A stretch of 64,000 bases of DNA from Lama guanicoe. Lineage: Eukaryota. The DNA lies in contig MU054187.1 of assembly GCA_013239625.1 (NCBI GenBank), forward strand, positions 1,673,964 through 1,737,963. Reading direction: 5' to 3'. The position numbers were made by a program, and so were the translations under genes. Each line of letters opens with the position of its first letter. The first letter of the stretch is position 1. Below the pieces are notes generated by a model, which did not search any database, was not told where the DNA came from, and worked only from the letters and a program-made list of their open reading frames with translations. This document shows, one piece after another, positions 61,511 to 64,000 of the stretch.

Positions 61511-63664
61511 GAGCAAATTGAAACGCTGAGGTCGAGCACAGAAGGTCGTTGGTCGTCCGGCCAGGAGGAGCGGCGGGGCCTGTCGAGATGGGACGAGGGG
61601 GAGGCATGGTATCTCTTGGTTTTTGGGTTTAGAATCGGGAGGGAGGTGCTGACAGGTACTCAGCTGAGAAATTCTGGGAGGATAATAAGCTCAGGCGCTT
61701 CCAGGAAGACCTGCGTGTGGATTGTTGAGTCTGAAATGCCCACGAGCTAGTCGAGTGTAGGAGTCAGGTGTGCAGCTGGGTTTGGTGCTGGGGCCGAGGG
61801 TTCCATCAGGATGAGACGCATACAGCTGCGCGTCATCCGCAGAAGGTGGCGTTCATGCCCTTAGATCCTGAGTGCGACGCAGCAGGTGTTGGTAACTGCA
61901 ATTGTGGGTGGGTGAGTGTGGTGCCACCTCAATGCGGGGGCCAGAGGGCAGTGACCACAATTAACAGCAGTAGAAACGGTCACTTTCTGAGTGTGCACAG
62001 TCTCCTCGCAGCTGGGATCAACCGGCCCGCGGACGGCACAAAGCTGGAAAACCAGTGTCAGGAATGTGGCTTAATCAAGAGCGTGAACCATGATCTCTGA
62101 TTTGAGAATGATTTATTTCACTCTTTTATAATTTACGGCTAGTGTATAATTTTATGGACATTATTTATTTCATGAAACAAAATTTCAGAAACCAGAAAAG
62201 TGCAGTGTATCGATGCTCAAACCAGAAAAATATTTCATTTTGATGCTACTTAGCTGAAAAGAAGGTTCAAAATGTATTAAGGAAAAAATCCCTAAGATTG
62301 AAGGGAACCAAAGCACGTGTGAAATTCTACAGGAAGTCACATAATATTTTATTCTTAGAGAAAAATTTGTATTCCTTTGTGAGAAGGAATAAAGGAAAGT
62401 GTCCCAAAGTCTTTGTCATATGAAATTGAGATTTTTTTAAGTGTAAAAAATTAGCAGCCTGATAATAACATAAAAGGACGCAACATTTGTTTTTAATGAT
62501 GCAGAAGTGGACGACGACCATCGCAGTCGCTGCCAGGAAAACTTCCACAGACAGATCCTTCTCCTGTTATTAGGTTGGTGTTAATAATTATCCAGGCACC
62601 AAATGGCAGTTTGGAGAGTTGCTGAAAGAAGACTTTCAGACCCATTCTTCCAACTGAGACATTCAGGGACTAAGAAATGTGTGGAATTGAATTAAAACAC
62701 TGGTAAAGCAATTTGTTTTCTCTTCTCTGTTACAAATGAGCGTATCTAGCCAGCTGGGCGGATCTCATAGCTGGGGAGGAGGGGGCCGCGGTGAGGATGG
62801 CCCGGTGTCTCCCAGCAGTTCCCCAGACGGACAGACAAAACCGCTCTTTCTGGATGTGGACACAGGGACCAGCAAGAGGGATGTGGGGGGTGAGGGGGGC
62901 TGCCCACCGTCTCCCCTCATGTGTGCTGGGGATTCCCACCCAGGCTGGCTGCGGGGGCCGGGGGCCAAGCCGCAGAAGCTGGAGGTTTGAGATGTGGTTT
63001 GTGTGTGGAAGGGTGTCAGCAAGGCGTCTGTGATCCACTGGTTCATTCATTCAACTCGTAGGATGTGCTGCTGGCGAGGCTGCCGGGCACGTGGCGGGGC
63101 ACGGACATGCGGCGTGTCCTCCCTCTCAAGAGCTGACCATCCAACAGGAGGTGATAATCGTGGAGGTGACGGTGAGACCAGAAACACTGAGGTGTCTACA
63201 TGTCCCTCCTTAACACCTCGCTCTAGTACCCGAGCGCAGCAAAATCCTGGGCCCTCCCAGTCTCCTTTATTAATGTGAATGTTGATTATCAAAGGCTCAT
63301 AGCCAACCTTGATGGAACCAGCAGGTCGACCCAGGCACACTGGCAGGCTGGTCTGGGGGTGGACATAATTCCCCTTGTTCCAGGCCACTCACTGTATCGC
63401 CCGGTTTTCTCAGGGAACACGAGGAATGGCTGAGATGAAACTTTGTGACCAAATTTCTTACTTGCAGGTTTGCTTAGAAAAAGAAGATATGAAGGGGAGT
63501 TTTAACCTGTCCGTAGATTTCAGCGGTTCGTGCCTCTGTGGGCTTCTCTCTTCCAGAAGAGGTCTGTCTGCCGTTGCAATAATTTGTCTCAATAGTATTA
63601 TGGAGTTGGTATGTTAACAGTCCTAAAGGCTTTTAAAAAATGGAATCAGTCTGAGGGTTTTAAA

Positions 63665-63995
63665 AATTAATCCTGCCCTTTGCAGCAACATGGACGGACT
63701 TGGAGGGCGTTGTGCCAAGTTAAATACATCAGACAGAGAAAGACAAATACTGTATGATATTGTTTATACGTGGAATCTGAAAAATACAACCAACTAGTGG
63801 ATATAACATAAAAGAAGCTCACAGACACAGAGAACAAGCCAAGGCTGCCAGTGGGGGGAGGGAGGGGCAATTTAGGGGTGGGGGAGGTGGGAGGTGTCAA
63901 CACTGGGTGTAAGACAGGCTCAAGGATGTGTTGTGTGCAGCACGGGGAATACAGCCAATATTTTGTAATAACTGTAAATGGAAAGTAACCTTAAA
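63665..63995 (+). mobile_element. L1 ORF2 C-terminus / 3' UTR
   Basis: 'ttgcagcaacatggacggacttggaggg...cagacagagaaagacaaatactgtatgat...gtggaatctgaaaaa...ggggaatacagccaatattttgtaataact'. Confidence 0.9.
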
Positions 63996-64000
63996 ATGGC

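Noticed and set aside
1..64000. CRISPR array or other prokaryotic defence system
   Set aside because: No regularly spaced repeat-spacer structure and no operon-like gene density; the DNA is mammalian.

Overview
Mammalian, repeat-rich, locally GC-rich DNA, most likely camelid (alpaca/camel). The assignment rests on six tRNA-derived SINE copies of the camelid Vic-1 type and artiodactyl-type L1 3' ends. I see no intact, recognisable protein-coding gene, RNA gene or prokaryotic system, and nearly all listed six-frame ORFs look incidental or are L1 remnants. The main non-repeat signal is a chain of exon-like blocks on the + strand from about 17.8 to 39.3 kb. Many have canonical splice sites, and they translate, through stops and frameshifts, into repeated 'L-x-x-[AC]-F-x-x-W-[RKQ]'-like helical motifs. 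I read this as a decayed multi-exon gene for an SFI1-repeat-like / C1orf167-like protein, with one exon apparently split by L1 tail insertions. The second notable signal is a set of sharp CpG/GC peaks. One (about 42.2-42.55 kb) appears to have arisen inside an old AT-rich L1 ORF1 fragment, which suggests strong local GC-biased gene conversion. The rest is L1, L2, MIR, MaLR/ERV LTRs, SINEs, microsatellites and some AT-rich, TAAT-dense unique blocks that could be conserved enhancers. Repeat family names are from my recall of consensus sequences, not a search, and most boundaries are approximate.
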